Positions 10,505 to 21,654 are shown, counted from the stretch's first letter. The stretch is 64,000 nt of DNA from an uncultured Dehalococcoidia bacterium (GCA_964565775.1 CAZMGB010000006.1:82941-146940); one strand, 5' to 3'. Notes: generated from the sequence alone by a model not told the origin. A program made the numbers and translations.

Positions 10505-11398
10505 CTAGCCCTTCAGCGCACCTGCCGTCAGGCCCCGCACGAGCTGACGCGAGAAGAGGATAAGGAGAATCAGCATCGGCAGCGCCGCGATGACGGTGCC
10601 CGCCATCACGACATTCAGCGAGTCGATCTCACGGCCGTGGAGCGCCTGCAGGCCGATCTGCACCGTGCGCATGCTGTCCTCGTTGGTCACCAGCAGCGGC
10701 CAGAGGTACTGGTTCCAGGCCTGGAGGAAGGCGAAGACGGCCAGCGCCGCAAGAATGGGCCGCGAAAGGGGAATCACCACGAACATCAGAAACCGGCCGT
10801 GACCGTAGCCGTCGATGGCCGCGGCGTCCCGCAGCTCCTGAGGGATCGTCATGAAGTGCTGTCGCAGCAGGAACGTGCCGAAGGCCGTCGCCAGGAAGGG
10901 CACCGTCAGACCCTGATAGGTGTCGAGCCAGCCCAGCGTCTGAACCGTCTGGAAGTTGGGGACGATGGCCACCTCCCAGGGCACCATCAGCGTCGAGAGG
11001 AAGAGGACGAAGAGAGCGGTGCGGAAGGGAAAGCGCAGGAAGGCGAAGGCGTAGGCCGAGAGCGACGCCGTCACCAGTTGCCCGACGACGATGACGGTCG
11101 ACATGACGAGGCTGTTAAACAGGTATTTCCCCAGGGGCACGGAGCTCATCGCTTTCTTGAAGTTGGCCCACTCCGGATGCAGGGGAAAGAGCTTCGGCGG
11201 GTAGGAGATGACAGACTCCTTGGGCAGGAGGGCGTTCACGACCGCCATATAGATGGGCAGCACGACGATGGCCGCTGCCAGCAAGAGGACGCCGTAGCGC
11301 ACCGCGTAACCGACCCAGCGGCGGCGCCCGCCCTCGATCTTCCTCGCTGCGACCGACTCTCCAACCGCGCTCATCGATGCCTCACCGGTAGAACACAC
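10505..11398 (-). CDS. Carbohydrate ABC transporter permease (MalG/UgpE-type)
   Basis: 297 aa with six TM helices. An EAA-like motif (AAIDGYGHGRFLMFVVIPLSRP) is present. It overlaps the upstream permease by 17 nt. Confidence 0.85.
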   Translation of the reverse strand: MCSTGEASMSAVGESVAARKIEGGRRRWVGYAVRYGVLLLAAAIVVLPIYMAVVNALLPKESVISYPPKLFPLHPEWANFKKAMSSVPLGKYLFNSLVMSTVIVVGQLVTASLSAYAFAFLRFPFRTALFVLFLSTLMVPWEVAIVPNFQTVQTLGWLDTYQGLTVPFLATAFGTFLLRQHFMTIPQELRDAAAIDGYGHGRFLMFVVIPLSRPILAALAVFAFLQAWNQYLWPLLVTNEDSMRTVQIGLQALHGREIDSLNVVMAGTVIAALPMLILLILFSRQLVRGLTAGALKG

Positions 11399-12329
11399 GC
11401 CGCTCCAGGAGACGGAGCTGGATGCCCGTAAAAGCCAACACCAGCAGGAACAGGCCCACCGCCTGCACCGCGGCCACGCCGTAGTCGAAGTTCTGGAACG
11501 CGTCCTGCCAGATCGCGTAGACGATGACCGTGGTGGCGTCCAGGGGGCCGCCCCTCGTGAGGATGTGTATCTGGCCGAAGGATTCGAATGCCAGGATAGT
11601 GCCGACGACGAACACGAATAGAAGCGTCGGCGAGAGCATGGGCAGCGTCACGTGCCAGAACTGGCCCCAGCGTCCGGCGCCGTCGATGCGGGCGCTTTCG
11701 TACAGCTCCTCCGGGATCGACTGGAGCCCCGCCAGGATCACGATCATCGCCAGGCCCAGGTTGAGCCAGATGGTGGTGAGAGAGACGGCGAATAGCGCCC
11801 AGTCGGGATCGTTCAGCCAGTTGACGCGCGGCAGCTCCGCCTGGGCCAGTATGTAGTTGATGAGGCCGGTGCTCGGGTTGAGCAGCGTCAGCCACATGAG
11901 GGCCGCCACGGCCACCGACGTTGCCACCGTCGACGAGAAGAGGACACGGAAGACGCCGATCGCCTTCAGCTTCTGGTTCGCCAGCAGCGCCAGCAACATC
12001 CCCAGGAAGATGCCTGCCGGCACCGTGTAGAGGGAGAAGATAAGGGTGATCCAGAGCGCGTGCCGGAAATCCTCAGAGGTGAGAACAGAGCGGTACTGGT
12101 CGAGGCCGACGAAGTTGCCCGTGTGCCCGAAGGGGTCTGTCTCATACAGGCCCAGCCAGACAGACTTGACGAGCGGGTAGAAGACGAAGGTGCCGAAGAT
12201 GATGAGTGACGGCAGGAGGAAGATCATGGAGAAGGCAAAGCGCCTGGCGGCGTCCAGCCACCTCAGCGCCACGCTTGGCGGCCGCCAGGCGGCGATGAGC
12301 TCCGCAGTCTTCGCGTCGACGGCGCTCAC
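11382..12329 (-). CDS. Carbohydrate ABC transporter permease (MalF/UgpA-type)
   Basis: 315 aa polytopic membrane protein. It carries the EAA-loop ESARIDGAGRWGQFWHVTLPMLSP. Confidence 0.85.
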   Translation of the reverse strand: MSAVDAKTAELIAAWRPPSVALRWLDAARRFAFSMIFLLPSLIIFGTFVFYPLVKSVWLGLYETDPFGHTGNFVGLDQYRSVLTSEDFRHALWITLIFSLYTVPAGIFLGMLLALLANQKLKAIGVFRVLFSSTVATSVAVAALMWLTLLNPSTGLINYILAQAELPRVNWLNDPDWALFAVSLTTIWLNLGLAMIVILAGLQSIPEELYESARIDGAGRWGQFWHVTLPMLSPTLLFVFVVGTILAFESFGQIHILTRGGPLDATTVIVYAIWQDAFQNFDYGVAAVQAVGLFLLVLAFTGIQLRLLERRVFYR

Positions 12330-12360
12330 GGCGTCCTCTCCCGACTACGTATTCCCGTCA

Positions 12361-13458
<1,098 letters not shown>

Positions 13459-13750
13459 CTTTCCTCCGGAGGGACGAGGCCTCTGCCCCGAGGCCTGCCC
13501 GTGTCAGTCCTGATTCTAACACTTGTTGGCCGAAGTGGGCACCCTACGGCGCGACGTGAGAGAGCTGCCGCCCCCGAAGGCCCGGCCTGCCTCGCCCCAC
13601 CGCTGTGCCGCGGGCTCGCAGGCTGCCAGCCCAACTGTCACGGCCATTAGAGGCCGAATGGCCCTTGAAAACCCTCGCGCCCCTCTGTAGCATTCGCCCA
13701 AGTAAGCGGGCCGTTTGTCTTAGGCCTGCCAGTCGAAAGGGGCGAGGGCT
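13459..13750. promoter_or_regulatory. Divergent promoter region (ABC ATPase on minus strand / Fe-S operon on plus strand)
   Basis: A 290-bp non-coding gap lies between divergently oriented starts. No specific motif was assigned. Confidence 0.3.
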
Positions 13751-14587
13751 GTGTGTATCTGGTGTGAGCAGTATGGCGGCGAGTACAAGCGCTGGTACCT
13801 GAACCCCGCCAACTACGCCCGTAGATTGTACAAGATACGCAGAGAGGAGACGGAGGCCTCCGGCGCCGAGGCGAATCCGCAGGCGGCGGGCGGCATGAGC
13901 GCCGTCGGCAGGGAGTACCTGGAGGCCTGGGACCGGGGCGACCACGAGGCCGTCGCGCGGATGAAGAAGGAAGCGGAGCAGAGGATCTGGCAGATCCACT
14001 TCGGCCAGGTGGTGACCCGCGAGGAGATGGACGAGATTCTCGACATCATCTACCCCATCGCCCTCATGACGTGTGCGTGTCGCCGCTCCATGCGGGGCCT
14101 CCCCGACGAGGAGAACTTCACCTGCATGGGCATGGGGCCGGGCATGTACAAGTGGGAGCGCTGGCCCGAGACCTACCGCGGAGGCGTTCAGTTCCTCACC
14201 CCCGACGAGGCCCGCGAGGTTCTCGACGTCCTCAACCGGCGGGGTCTGGCCCATACCGTCTACACCTTCGGCACCCCCTACCTGGGGGGCATCTGCAACT
14301 GCGACTACCCCGATTGCGGCGGCATCCGCACTGCCGTCGACCTCGACGTCAAGACGATGTGGAAGGGGCACTACGTCGCAGAGGTAGACCCCGAGCTCTG
14401 CAACGGCTGCGGGCTCTGCGTGCGGCGCTGTCAGTTCGACGCACTGAGCTTCACCGCCAGCACCCTCAAGGCCTACATCAACCCCCTCAAGTGCTTCGGC
14501 TGCGGCCTCTGTCGCAACCCGTGCAAGCCCGACGCGATAACCATGGTCGAACGAGAATCGCTGCCTGCGCTGGCAGGGGTCTGGTAA
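13751..14587 (+). CDS. Iron-sulfur protein with a C-terminal 2x[4Fe-4S] ferredoxin domain, function unknown
   Basis: The C-terminus carries CNGCGLCVRRC...CFGCGLCRNPCKP (two CxxCxxCxxxC(P) motifs). Additional N-terminal Cys clusters are present (CIWCEQ, CACRR, CNCDYPDCGG). Confidence 0.5.
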   Translation: MCIWCEQYGGEYKRWYLNPANYARRLYKIRREETEASGAEANPQAAGGMSAVGREYLEAWDRGDHEAVARMKKEAEQRIWQIHFGQVVTREEMDEILDIIYPIALMTCACRRSMRGLPDEENFTCMGMGPGMYKWERWPETYRGGVQFLTPDEAREVLDVLNRRGLAHTVYTFGTPYLGGICNCDYPDCGGIRTAVDLDVKTMWKGHYVAEVDPELCNGCGLCVRRCQFDALSFTASTLKAYINPLKCFGCGLCRNPCKPDAITMVERESLPALAGVW

Positions 14588-14600
14588 GGGGAGATGATGC

Positions 14601-14855
14601 ATGCTTCCCACGATTAGCATCGACGACAACAAGTGTCAAGACCCCCTGAGCTGCCGCAAGTGCCTGCTGGTCTGCCCGACTCGCATCCTGGGCCTTGGAA
14701 CCAGCGTCGGGCCCCAGAAGTACCGCGAGACCGACCCGTCCCGCTTCATCGTTAGAGGCGTGCGCTATCAATTCTGCACCATGTGCATGAAGTGCGTCGA
14801 TATCTGTCCCCATGACGCCATTCGGGTAAGCCTGGACCAGGGTGTGACGGCATGA
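14601..14855 (+). CDS. Small 2x[4Fe-4S] ferredoxin-like protein
   Basis: 84 aa. Motifs CQDPLSCRKCLLVCP and CTMCMKCVDICP. Confidence 0.5.
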   Translation: MLPTISIDDNKCQDPLSCRKCLLVCPTRILGLGTSVGPQKYRETDPSRFIVRGVRYQFCTMCMKCVDICPHDAIRVSLDQGVTA

Positions 14856-15496
14856 GCATCAAATACCGCTACGGCAAACCGATACGCGAGAGGCTGATGA
14901 CTCTGGAGGAGCCCGGCAAGCCCCTGCTGTTCGACGCCGACCGTGGCCTCGTCGCCGAGATGTCCGGCCGCCATAGCCTCGACGCCCTGATGGGGGAGCT
15001 GGCGGGCAAGAACGCGAGCGCGGCGACGAAGGTCTTCACGGAATTCGGACGGCAGGTCATGGCGAGCACCATCGAGCTGGCCGACGGCAAGTACCGCGAC
15101 CGCACCGGCGAGGTCATCGAGATAGTGGCGGCCCAAACCGGCATCTCCTTCCCTCACCGCCTGGAGAAGTACGTCGAGCTTGCCATCATCGGCTCACGGC
15201 CCCTCGACCGCTGGAACATAGCGAAGGCCACCACCAAAGAGCTCTGCCTGCAGGTCTTCGGCTGCGCCGTCCAGCAGCAGATGGCCGCGAAGGGCCTCCA
15301 GTACAAGGGGTTGCCCTGCAAGGCACTGTGCCTGACCCTCTTCGAGAAGGCGGCCCGCAGGACAGGCGACCGCATCCGCACCGAGATGGACAAGACCATC
15401 CCCGATGACGGCGTCTGCCAGTTTGTCGCCTCGCTCCTAGCGGCGCCCGCTCGAGGCACACGACGCCGGAGGGCCGCGCGAGCGCCCACCGGCTAG
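14852..15496 (+). CDS. Hypothetical protein (operon partner of the Fe-S/PHP genes)
   Basis: 214 aa with no recognised motif. It overlaps neighbouring genes by 4 nt on each side. Confidence 0.4.
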   Translation: MSIKYRYGKPIRERLMTLEEPGKPLLFDADRGLVAEMSGRHSLDALMGELAGKNASAATKVFTEFGRQVMASTIELADGKYRDRTGEVIEIVAAQTGISFPHRLEKYVELAIIGSRPLDRWNIAKATTKELCLQVFGCAVQQQMAAKGLQYKGLPCKALCLTLFEKAARRTGDRIRTEMDKTIPDDGVCQFVASLLAAPARGTRRRRAARAPTG

Positions 15497-15498
15497 CC

Positions 15499-16158
15499 AT
15501 GGCCTTCTCGGTCGACCTCCACACCCACACTCGCGTCGGGTCCAACTGCTCGTACATGGAACCGCAGCAGTTGGCGCGTCGCGCCCGCGAGCTGCGGCTG
15601 GACGGCGTCTGCATCACCGAGCACAACGCTCCCTGGGACGAAGCAAGCCTCAACGCTCTCAACTCGCCCGAAGGGCCCCTCTTCTTCGCCGGCGTGGAGG
15701 TCAGCACCGAGTGGGGCGACGTGCTCGTCTACGGCGTCGACGGGCTCGGCGGCGGGCTGCGAGTGCGGGAGCTCAGGTCGCTGGTCGATCGGGCCGGAGG
15801 CGTCATGGTGGCCGCTCACCCGTTCCGGCGCTACTCCGTAGTCGGCGTGGCGCTGGACCCGGAAGAGGCGCGGCGCAACCCTCTCTTCGAGTTCGTCGAC
15901 GCGATCGAGGTCTTCAACGGAATGGGGCCGCGACGGGAGCTGGAGTTCGCCAGCGACGTGGTGCGACGCCTGAGGCTACCGGGCGTCGGCGGCAGCGACA
16001 GCCATGCGCCCCACACCGTCGGCCAGTGCTTCACTGAGTTCGAGAGGTCGCTGGCGACGACGGAGGAACTGGTGGCCGAGCTCAAGGCGGGTCGCGTCCG
16101 GGCTGTGCAGCCGCTGATGGGTCTGGTATTCGAGCAGAACCACGCCGGAGGGGCCTGA
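15499..16158 (+). CDS. PHP (polymerase/histidinol-phosphatase) domain metal-dependent phosphoesterase
   Basis: The N-terminal VDLHTHTRVGSNCSY, then ITEHN, and a C-terminal GGSDSHAP match the PHP-domain His/Asp metal ligands. Confidence 0.7.
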   Translation: MAFSVDLHTHTRVGSNCSYMEPQQLARRARELRLDGVCITEHNAPWDEASLNALNSPEGPLFFAGVEVSTEWGDVLVYGVDGLGGGLRVRELRSLVDRAGGVMVAAHPFRRYSVVGVALDPEEARRNPLFEFVDAIEVFNGMGPRRELEFASDVVRRLRLPGVGGSDSHAPHTVGQCFTEFERSLATTEELVAELKAGRVRAVQPLMGLVFEQNHAGGA

Positions 16159-16168
16159 GGTCCAAGCT

Positions 16169-16429
16169 ATGCACGAGCCCTTTGAGCCCCAGTGCGGCCG
16201 CTGCGCCAAGTTCGTCTATTGTTTCCCGCGCGAGAGCCTGCTGGCCGATTGGGGCTACTGCGGCGACAAGGTCGGATCCTGGACGCCGACGAAGATCGTG
16301 CTGCTGCGCCTCCAGAGGCTGGCGGCAGCGGGGCAGTACCAGGCCCTCTACTCCCTCCCCCTCGCTCTCTTCCAGGTTACCGACGACGGCTGTGAGAGCT
16401 TCGTCGCCGCCGACCCTGCGCCGGCCTGA
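16169..16429 (+). CDS. Small Cys-containing hypothetical protein
   Basis: 86 aa. The N-terminus CGRCAKFVYC...YCGDK has a zinc-ribbon-like look. It is the last gene of a plus-strand operon. Confidence 0.3.
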   Translation: MHEPFEPQCGRCAKFVYCFPRESLLADWGYCGDKVGSWTPTKIVLLRLQRLAAAGQYQALYSLPLALFQVTDDGCESFVAADPAPA

Positions 16430-16556
16430 CGCCCGTACCCCTGTTCAACCGCGCCGCGCTCCGTCCCATCGGCCGGACTGATGCGCCGCTCTGCCCACAG
16501 CTTGCCGACCGCCGACGCCACCGGGCACCCGCATCTCCAACGAAGCTCTCCGCCGG

Positions 16557-17579
16557 CTACTCCTGGAGAGCGCGGATCATGGCGCGCAGTCGCTCCTCGT
16601 CAGCCGGGCCGCGCACGGGCATGGTGAATCCGACGCGGTTCACCACCCAGCCCCAGCGCTCCTTGATCTTGTCGACGATCTCGTCGTAGGTGCCGATGAC
16701 GGCGAACTCCTCAAGCATCTCGTCCGTGATCTCCTCCGCCATCTCCGTCCAGAGGCCCTCGGAGGACATGCGGTGCAGCTTGAGGGCGGTGTCACCCCAG
16801 CCGTGGGCGTCCATGACCGACTTGTAGGTGCGGGTCGAGCCGTAGAAGGACACCTGCCGGCGCGTGTCCTGCTTGCCCCGCTCGATCTCCTCCTCCGTAT
16901 CGCCGGCGATGATGAAGTTGCCGCCCGAGATATCGATGTCGGCGAGGGAACGTCCGGCCTTCTTCGCGCCCGCCTCCAGGTTGGGCAAGATGACATCACG
17001 GAAGTACTTCGGCGTGTTGAATGCGTGCAGCCTGATGCCGTCGCAGAGCTCGCCCGCCAGCCGGCAGATGTAGGGGTTGAGAGCAGAAACGTAGATGCGG
17101 ACGTGCGGATGCTCGATGGGCCCGGGGTTGAAGAAAGGAGTCATGAGGGTGAACGTGTAGTGTTCCCCCCGAAAGTCGAGCTTGGTGCCGTTCTGCCAGC
17201 AGTCCCAGATGGCCCGCAGCGCGAGGATGTACTCGCGCAGGCGGGGGCCGGGCGCCGTCCAGGGCACGCTGAACCGGCGCTCGATGTGGCCCTTCACCTG
17301 CGTGCCCAGGCCCAGCAGCAGCCGGCCCTTGGACATCGCCTGGAGGTCCCAGGCCTCATACGCCGTGATCATCGGGCTGCGCGGAAAGGCGATGGCCACG
17401 GCCGTCCCCAGCTCCACTCGCTCCGTGTGCTCGGCCGCCAGGACGAGGGGCAGGAAGGGGTCGTGGCTCGTCTGGGGCACGACGAAGCCGTCGTAGCCCC
17501 GCTCCTCCGCCTTGCGGGCGGCGGCCGGCACCTCTCTGAGGTTGCCAGTCATGATCCCGGTTTCTACTTTCATGCCCAT
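16557..17579 (-). CDS. LLM-class (luciferase-like) F420-dependent oxidoreductase
   Basis: 340 aa bacterial luciferase-like TIM barrel. Typical F420-dependent LLM features are present (RGYDGFVVPQTSHDP, the C-terminal pattern). Confidence 0.75.
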   Translation of the reverse strand: MGMKVETGIMTGNLREVPAAARKAEERGYDGFVVPQTSHDPFLPLVLAAEHTERVELGTAVAIAFPRSPMITAYEAWDLQAMSKGRLLLGLGTQVKGHIERRFSVPWTAPGPRLREYILALRAIWDCWQNGTKLDFRGEHYTFTLMTPFFNPGPIEHPHVRIYVSALNPYICRLAGELCDGIRLHAFNTPKYFRDVILPNLEAGAKKAGRSLADIDISGGNFIIAGDTEEEIERGKQDTRRQVSFYGSTRTYKSVMDAHGWGDTALKLHRMSSEGLWTEMAEEITDEMLEEFAVIGTYDEIVDKIKERWGWVVNRVGFTMPVRGPADEERLRAMIRALQE

Positions 17580-17595
17580 GTGACTTCGATCCGTT

Positions 17596-18546
17596 CTAGT
17601 AAGGGCCCGTGCGCTCGAATATGCGGCGCGGGTTCTCGACGGTCATCTGCTGGATCTGCTCCTCCGTGACGCCCGCCTGCCTCAGGGCCGGAATGACGTC
17701 GTCGACGACATGGTTGTAGTGCCAGTTGGGCAAGGTCCGCTCCATGGCGGCGCGCTCCGCGTACCAGTCCATGTAGGAATGGGCGTCCTGCGAGAGAACC
17801 ATCCTGTCGGCGTGGCCCATCTCGCAGAGGCGGGCGATCGTGGCGACGCGCTCTGCCATCGGGAGGATGAAGTCGATTCCGAAGCGGTCCATGCCGATGT
17901 AGCTGCCGCGCTCGATGAGCCGCGTCAGGTAGCCGGTATCCGCCGAGTCGCCGCTATGGCCGATGATGACGCGCGAAAGGTCAACTCCCTCTGACGCGAA
18001 GATGTCCTGTTGCGCCGTCCCCACCTCGCTCGCGGCGTGGGTGTGAGTGGAGATCGGTACGCCGGTGGCGCGGTGGGCGCGGGCGGCGGCGCGAAACACC
18101 TTCTCCACCTGCCCTGTCATCCCCGGCCCGTTGCTGGCGCACTTGATGATCGCCGCCCTGATGCCTGTTCCGGAAATGCCATCGCGGATGTCTCCCACGA
18201 AGAGCTCGGCCATCACGTCAGGGCTGCGGGCATGGAAGTAGCGCGGCACATCGTAGTAGAGGCCCGTGGCGACGATGACCTGCATCCCCGAACGGCGCGC
18301 TGCCTCCTCCACAAAGGCGATGTCGCGGCCGATGTCAGCGACGGTGAGATCGACCAGGGTCTTCACACCACGCGACTTCACCTCCCGCAGACGCTCCACG
18401 GCGCGGTCGATCTCCTCCTGGCGGTTCCAGACGGAAGGAAAGTTCTCGGCCACACCCGGCGAGCGAATGACGATGTGCTCGTGCATCAGGGTGAAGCCGA
18501 GCTCGCTGGTGTCGATGGGGCCGGCTACTGTGTTGACGCTCGCCAT
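17596..18546 (-). CDS. Phosphotriesterase-family (PTE/PLL) metal-dependent hydrolase
   Basis: The diagnostic motif is GFTLMHEHI; downstream His/Asp ligands (HTHA, GHSGD, SQDAH) follow. The ORF extends to 18615. An ATG at 18546 with a GAGGAGG RBS 6 nt upstream is the probable start (MASVNTVAGPI...). Confidence 0.8.
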   Translation of the reverse strand: MASVNTVAGPIDTSELGFTLMHEHIVIRSPGVAENFPSVWNRQEEIDRAVERLREVKSRGVKTLVDLTVADIGRDIAFVEEAARRSGMQVIVATGLYYDVPRYFHARSPDVMAELFVGDIRDGISGTGIRAAIIKCASNGPGMTGQVEKVFRAAARAHRATGVPISTHTHAASEVGTAQQDIFASEGVDLSRVIIGHSGDSADTGYLTRLIERGSYIGMDRFGIDFILPMAERVATIARLCEMGHADRMVLSQDAHSYMDWYAERAAMERTLPNWHYNHVVDDVIPALRQAGVTEEQIQQMTVENPRRIFERTGPY

Positions 18547-18643
18547 GTCCGCCTCCTCGGAGCCCGGCCGACTCCTGCCATCGACCGGGACACCGGCGTC
18601 ATACGCTGAGTGCATCCGGCGGATCGTTGGGCGATGGGGTCTC

Positions 18644-20221
18644 TCACCCCTGATGGGCGCCCTTGTGCTTGGCGCGCTCCTGGTCGATCAGGTCACGGCG
18701 CAGGATCTTGCCGGAAGGGTTCTTTGGGATCGCCTCTACGAACTCGACCTCTCGCACCTTCTTGTAGGGGGCAACCCGCTCCGAGACGAACTGCATCAGC
18801 GCCTCGTCACTGATACGAACGCCCTCGCGCAGCACGACGAACGCTTTCGGCCGCTCGCCCGACTCGAAGTGCGGCTGGGGCACCACCGCCGCGTCCCGCA
18901 CGTCTGGGTGCTCCATCAAGACGGCCTCCAGCTCTGCGGGCGCGACCTGGTATCCCTTGTACTTTATCATCTCCTTCATACGGTCGAGGACATACACGTA
19001 GCCGTCCTCGTCCATACGGGCGACGTCGCCGGTGCGCAGCCAGCCGTCCTCGGTCATGCTGTCGGCGGTGGCGTCGGGATGGCGCCAGTAGCCCTTCATC
19101 ACCTGGGGGCCGCGGACCAGCAACTCTCCCACCTCGCCCACGGGCAGCTCCTCGCCGGAGTCCATGTCCACGATCTTCTCTACGGTATCGGCGACGGGCG
19201 GCCCCACCGAAGTCATCTTCACCCGCTCCAGGGGGTTCGAGTTGGTCGTGGGGCTGGTCTCCGTCAGCCCGTACCCCTGGAGGATAGCGCACCCATAGCG
19301 CCGTCCGGCCTGTATGCCGACCTCTGGCGGCAGCGGCGCGGCCCCCGACAGCACGTAGCGCAGCGACGAAGTATCGAACCTCTCCACACCAGGAAAGTGA
19401 ACGAGCGCCAGGAGGGCCGGCGGTACGACGAACAGGTCGCTGATGCGATACTTCTCGATCAGGTGCAGTGACACCTCCGGGTCGAAGCGGGGAAGGATGA
19501 TCTGGGTGGCGCCCGCGAAGAGCCCGATGTTGAGAAGGATCGTCTGCCCGTAGATGTGATAGAAGGGGAGGAAGTCCAGGAACACCGACTCGCCCGGCTT
19601 CACCAGGCCCGTCGCCAGCACCTGGCGCATGTTGCTGGTGATGTTGTGATGGGCAAGCATCACGCCCTTCGGCAGGCCGGTGGTACCGCTCGAATAGGGC
19701 AGGACCGCGATATCGTTCTCGTAGTCGAGCGCCACCGGTTCCGGCTCGTCCGATACCTCGCGGGCCATCTCCCGCACGTCACCCAGGACGTAGACGTGGC
19801 GCAGGCTGGGCACATCGTGCCGGGCCGTGTCCAGCAGCGGCACAAGGGGCCGCGCCACGAAGCACGCCACCGCGTCCGTGTCGCGGAGCTGATGTGCCAC
19901 TTCGCGCTCCCTGTAGAGGGGGTTGAGCGTGGTAGCGATTCCGCCGGCCAGCAGGATGCCGTGCAGGGCCACCGCGTATTCGGGGCAGTTAGGCGACAGG
20001 ATGCCCACAGCCTGCCCCTTCCCGACGCCAGCGTCCTGAAGCATGCGGGCTATCTTGCGCGACGCCTCCCAGACGTCGCGGAAGCTAAACGCCTTCTCGT
20101 CCGGGCCGATGAGGGCAGCCTTGTCCCCGTACTGGTCCGCCGAGTCCCGCAGCATAGCCGATAGGTGGAGCTTCGGATAGGGGGCCAGGGATGACCATGG
20201 GCCGCTGACCGGCATGCTCAA
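18644..20221 (-). CDS. AMP-dependent synthetase/ligase (long-chain-fatty-acid--CoA ligase family)
   Basis: AMP-binding motif LPYSSGTTGLPKGVML, then YGLTE, the GWLRTGD hinge and a C-terminal PSGKILRR. Confidence 0.9.
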   Translation of the reverse strand: MSMPVSGPWSSLAPYPKLHLSAMLRDSADQYGDKAALIGPDEKAFSFRDVWEASRKIARMLQDAGVGKGQAVGILSPNCPEYAVALHGILLAGGIATTLNPLYREREVAHQLRDTDAVACFVARPLVPLLDTARHDVPSLRHVYVLGDVREMAREVSDEPEPVALDYENDIAVLPYSSGTTGLPKGVMLAHHNITSNMRQVLATGLVKPGESVFLDFLPFYHIYGQTILLNIGLFAGATQIILPRFDPEVSLHLIEKYRISDLFVVPPALLALVHFPGVERFDTSSLRYVLSGAAPLPPEVGIQAGRRYGCAILQGYGLTETSPTTNSNPLERVKMTSVGPPVADTVEKIVDMDSGEELPVGEVGELLVRGPQVMKGYWRHPDATADSMTEDGWLRTGDVARMDEDGYVYVLDRMKEMIKYKGYQVAPAELEAVLMEHPDVRDAAVVPQPHFESGERPKAFVVLREGVRISDEALMQFVSERVAPYKKVREVEFVEAIPKNPSGKILRRDLIDQERAKHKGAHQG

Positions 20222-20421
20222 CCTCCTTCCACCAAGGGAGTGCCACGCTCGCTGGGCCGATGGGTGAATGATACGATCTGGCGCGTCTCTGTCAAGCCGT
20301 CGCCAGACGGGAGCAGCGCCCGTTTCTCGCCCCCAGCGCCATCACCGGCCCGCAGCCTGACCACGACGAGACCACCAGTGAAGGTGACTGGCGAATCGCC
20401 ACTACCGCGTGCCAGGATCGA

Positions 20422-21654
20422 TCAAACAGGGGTTATGGGCACGTTCAGCAGCCGCTGGGCGGCCTTCTGCTGTCGCAGGTGGACTACGGTGAGGAGGAGG
20501 GCCGCGCCCAGGAGGATAGCACCGAACTTGAAGGGCGCCAGCGGGCCGTACACCTGCCCCACCACGCCGCCGAGCGCCTGACCCATGGCGCCGCCCAGGC
20601 CCTGCACCGCTGTCAGCGCGCCAAGAAGCACGCCCCGACTGCCGATCTCGGTGGCGTCGAGGGCGGCAGCGCTCCAGGCGGGGATGCTGATCGCGTAGGC
20701 CAGGCCCGCGAGGACCGCCAGATTGACGGCGACGAACGGGCTGCGGGTCAGGGTGAGGGCAAACAGGCTGAGGGCGGCGACAGCAAGCCCCCCCATTAGC
20801 GGTACCTGGCGACCAAAGCGGTCCGCCAGGTGCCCGCAGCGCAACACTATCACGGCAGCGACGGCCGCAGGAATCGGGAGCATGAACGCCATCTGGTGGA
20901 GCTGCATGTGCAGCACGTTGTTCACGTACGAGCCTATGATGGGCGTGTGGACGGTCGTGCCGAGACTGAGGAAGAGGACGATGGCTCCCAGAAGAAGAAC
21001 TCCCGGCGAGCCCAGGCCGCTGAGGCCCCGCCAGAATCCCGCACCCGGCGCGAGCCGCTGTGCCACGGTGGTCAAGGTCTCCGTCTGTCGCATCGTCAGC
21101 AGCAGCGCCACACCGTTGAAGACGAGGCAGGCCACGAACGCGGACTCGTAGGAGACGTACCCGACGAGCGTAACGCCGGCGAACGTGCCCACTCCGAGGC
21201 CCGAGAGTTGGGCCAGGTTCAGCATGTGCATCGTCCTGGCCCGGCTTGAGGGCTCCTGCGTATCACCGACGCGGGCCAGGAACGCCGGCCACATGGTGGC
21301 GGCGCTAAGCCCGTAGAGGGCGGAGAAGAGCAAGAACAGGTGCCCTTCCCTCACCTGGGCCATCAAGACGAGTATCGGGATGGCGGTGGCGACGCCTACG
21401 AGGAGAACAGGACGCCTGCCGACCCTATCGGCCAGCCAGCCAGCCGGGGGCTGCCAGAGAAAGCGCGCAAGGCTATAGACGGCGAGCGCGTAGCCGGGGA
21501 AGGCGGGTGAGGCCCCCAGCTCTTTCGGCAGGTACTCCTGCACCAGCGAGAGGAAGAATATCCCCAGCGACGCATGCCAGAGAAAGAGGGTGAGAGCGAG
21601 TTCCGCTAGATGAACCTTGTGAGGGCTGAATTTGACTCTGATCGCTCTCGGCAT
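20422..21654 (-). CDS. MFS transporter
   Basis: 410 aa with about 12 TM helices. An MFS motif-A-like GWLADRVGRRP is present. Confidence 0.8.
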   Translation of the reverse strand: MPRAIRVKFSPHKVHLAELALTLFLWHASLGIFFLSLVQEYLPKELGASPAFPGYALAVYSLARFLWQPPAGWLADRVGRRPVLLVGVATAIPILVLMAQVREGHLFLLFSALYGLSAATMWPAFLARVGDTQEPSSRARTMHMLNLAQLSGLGVGTFAGVTLVGYVSYESAFVACLVFNGVALLLTMRQTETLTTVAQRLAPGAGFWRGLSGLGSPGVLLLGAIVLFLSLGTTVHTPIIGSYVNNVLHMQLHQMAFMLPIPAAVAAVIVLRCGHLADRFGRQVPLMGGLAVAALSLFALTLTRSPFVAVNLAVLAGLAYAISIPAWSAAALDATEIGSRGVLLGALTAVQGLGGAMGQALGGVVGQVYGPLAPFKFGAILLGAALLLTVVHLRQQKAAQRLLNVPITPV

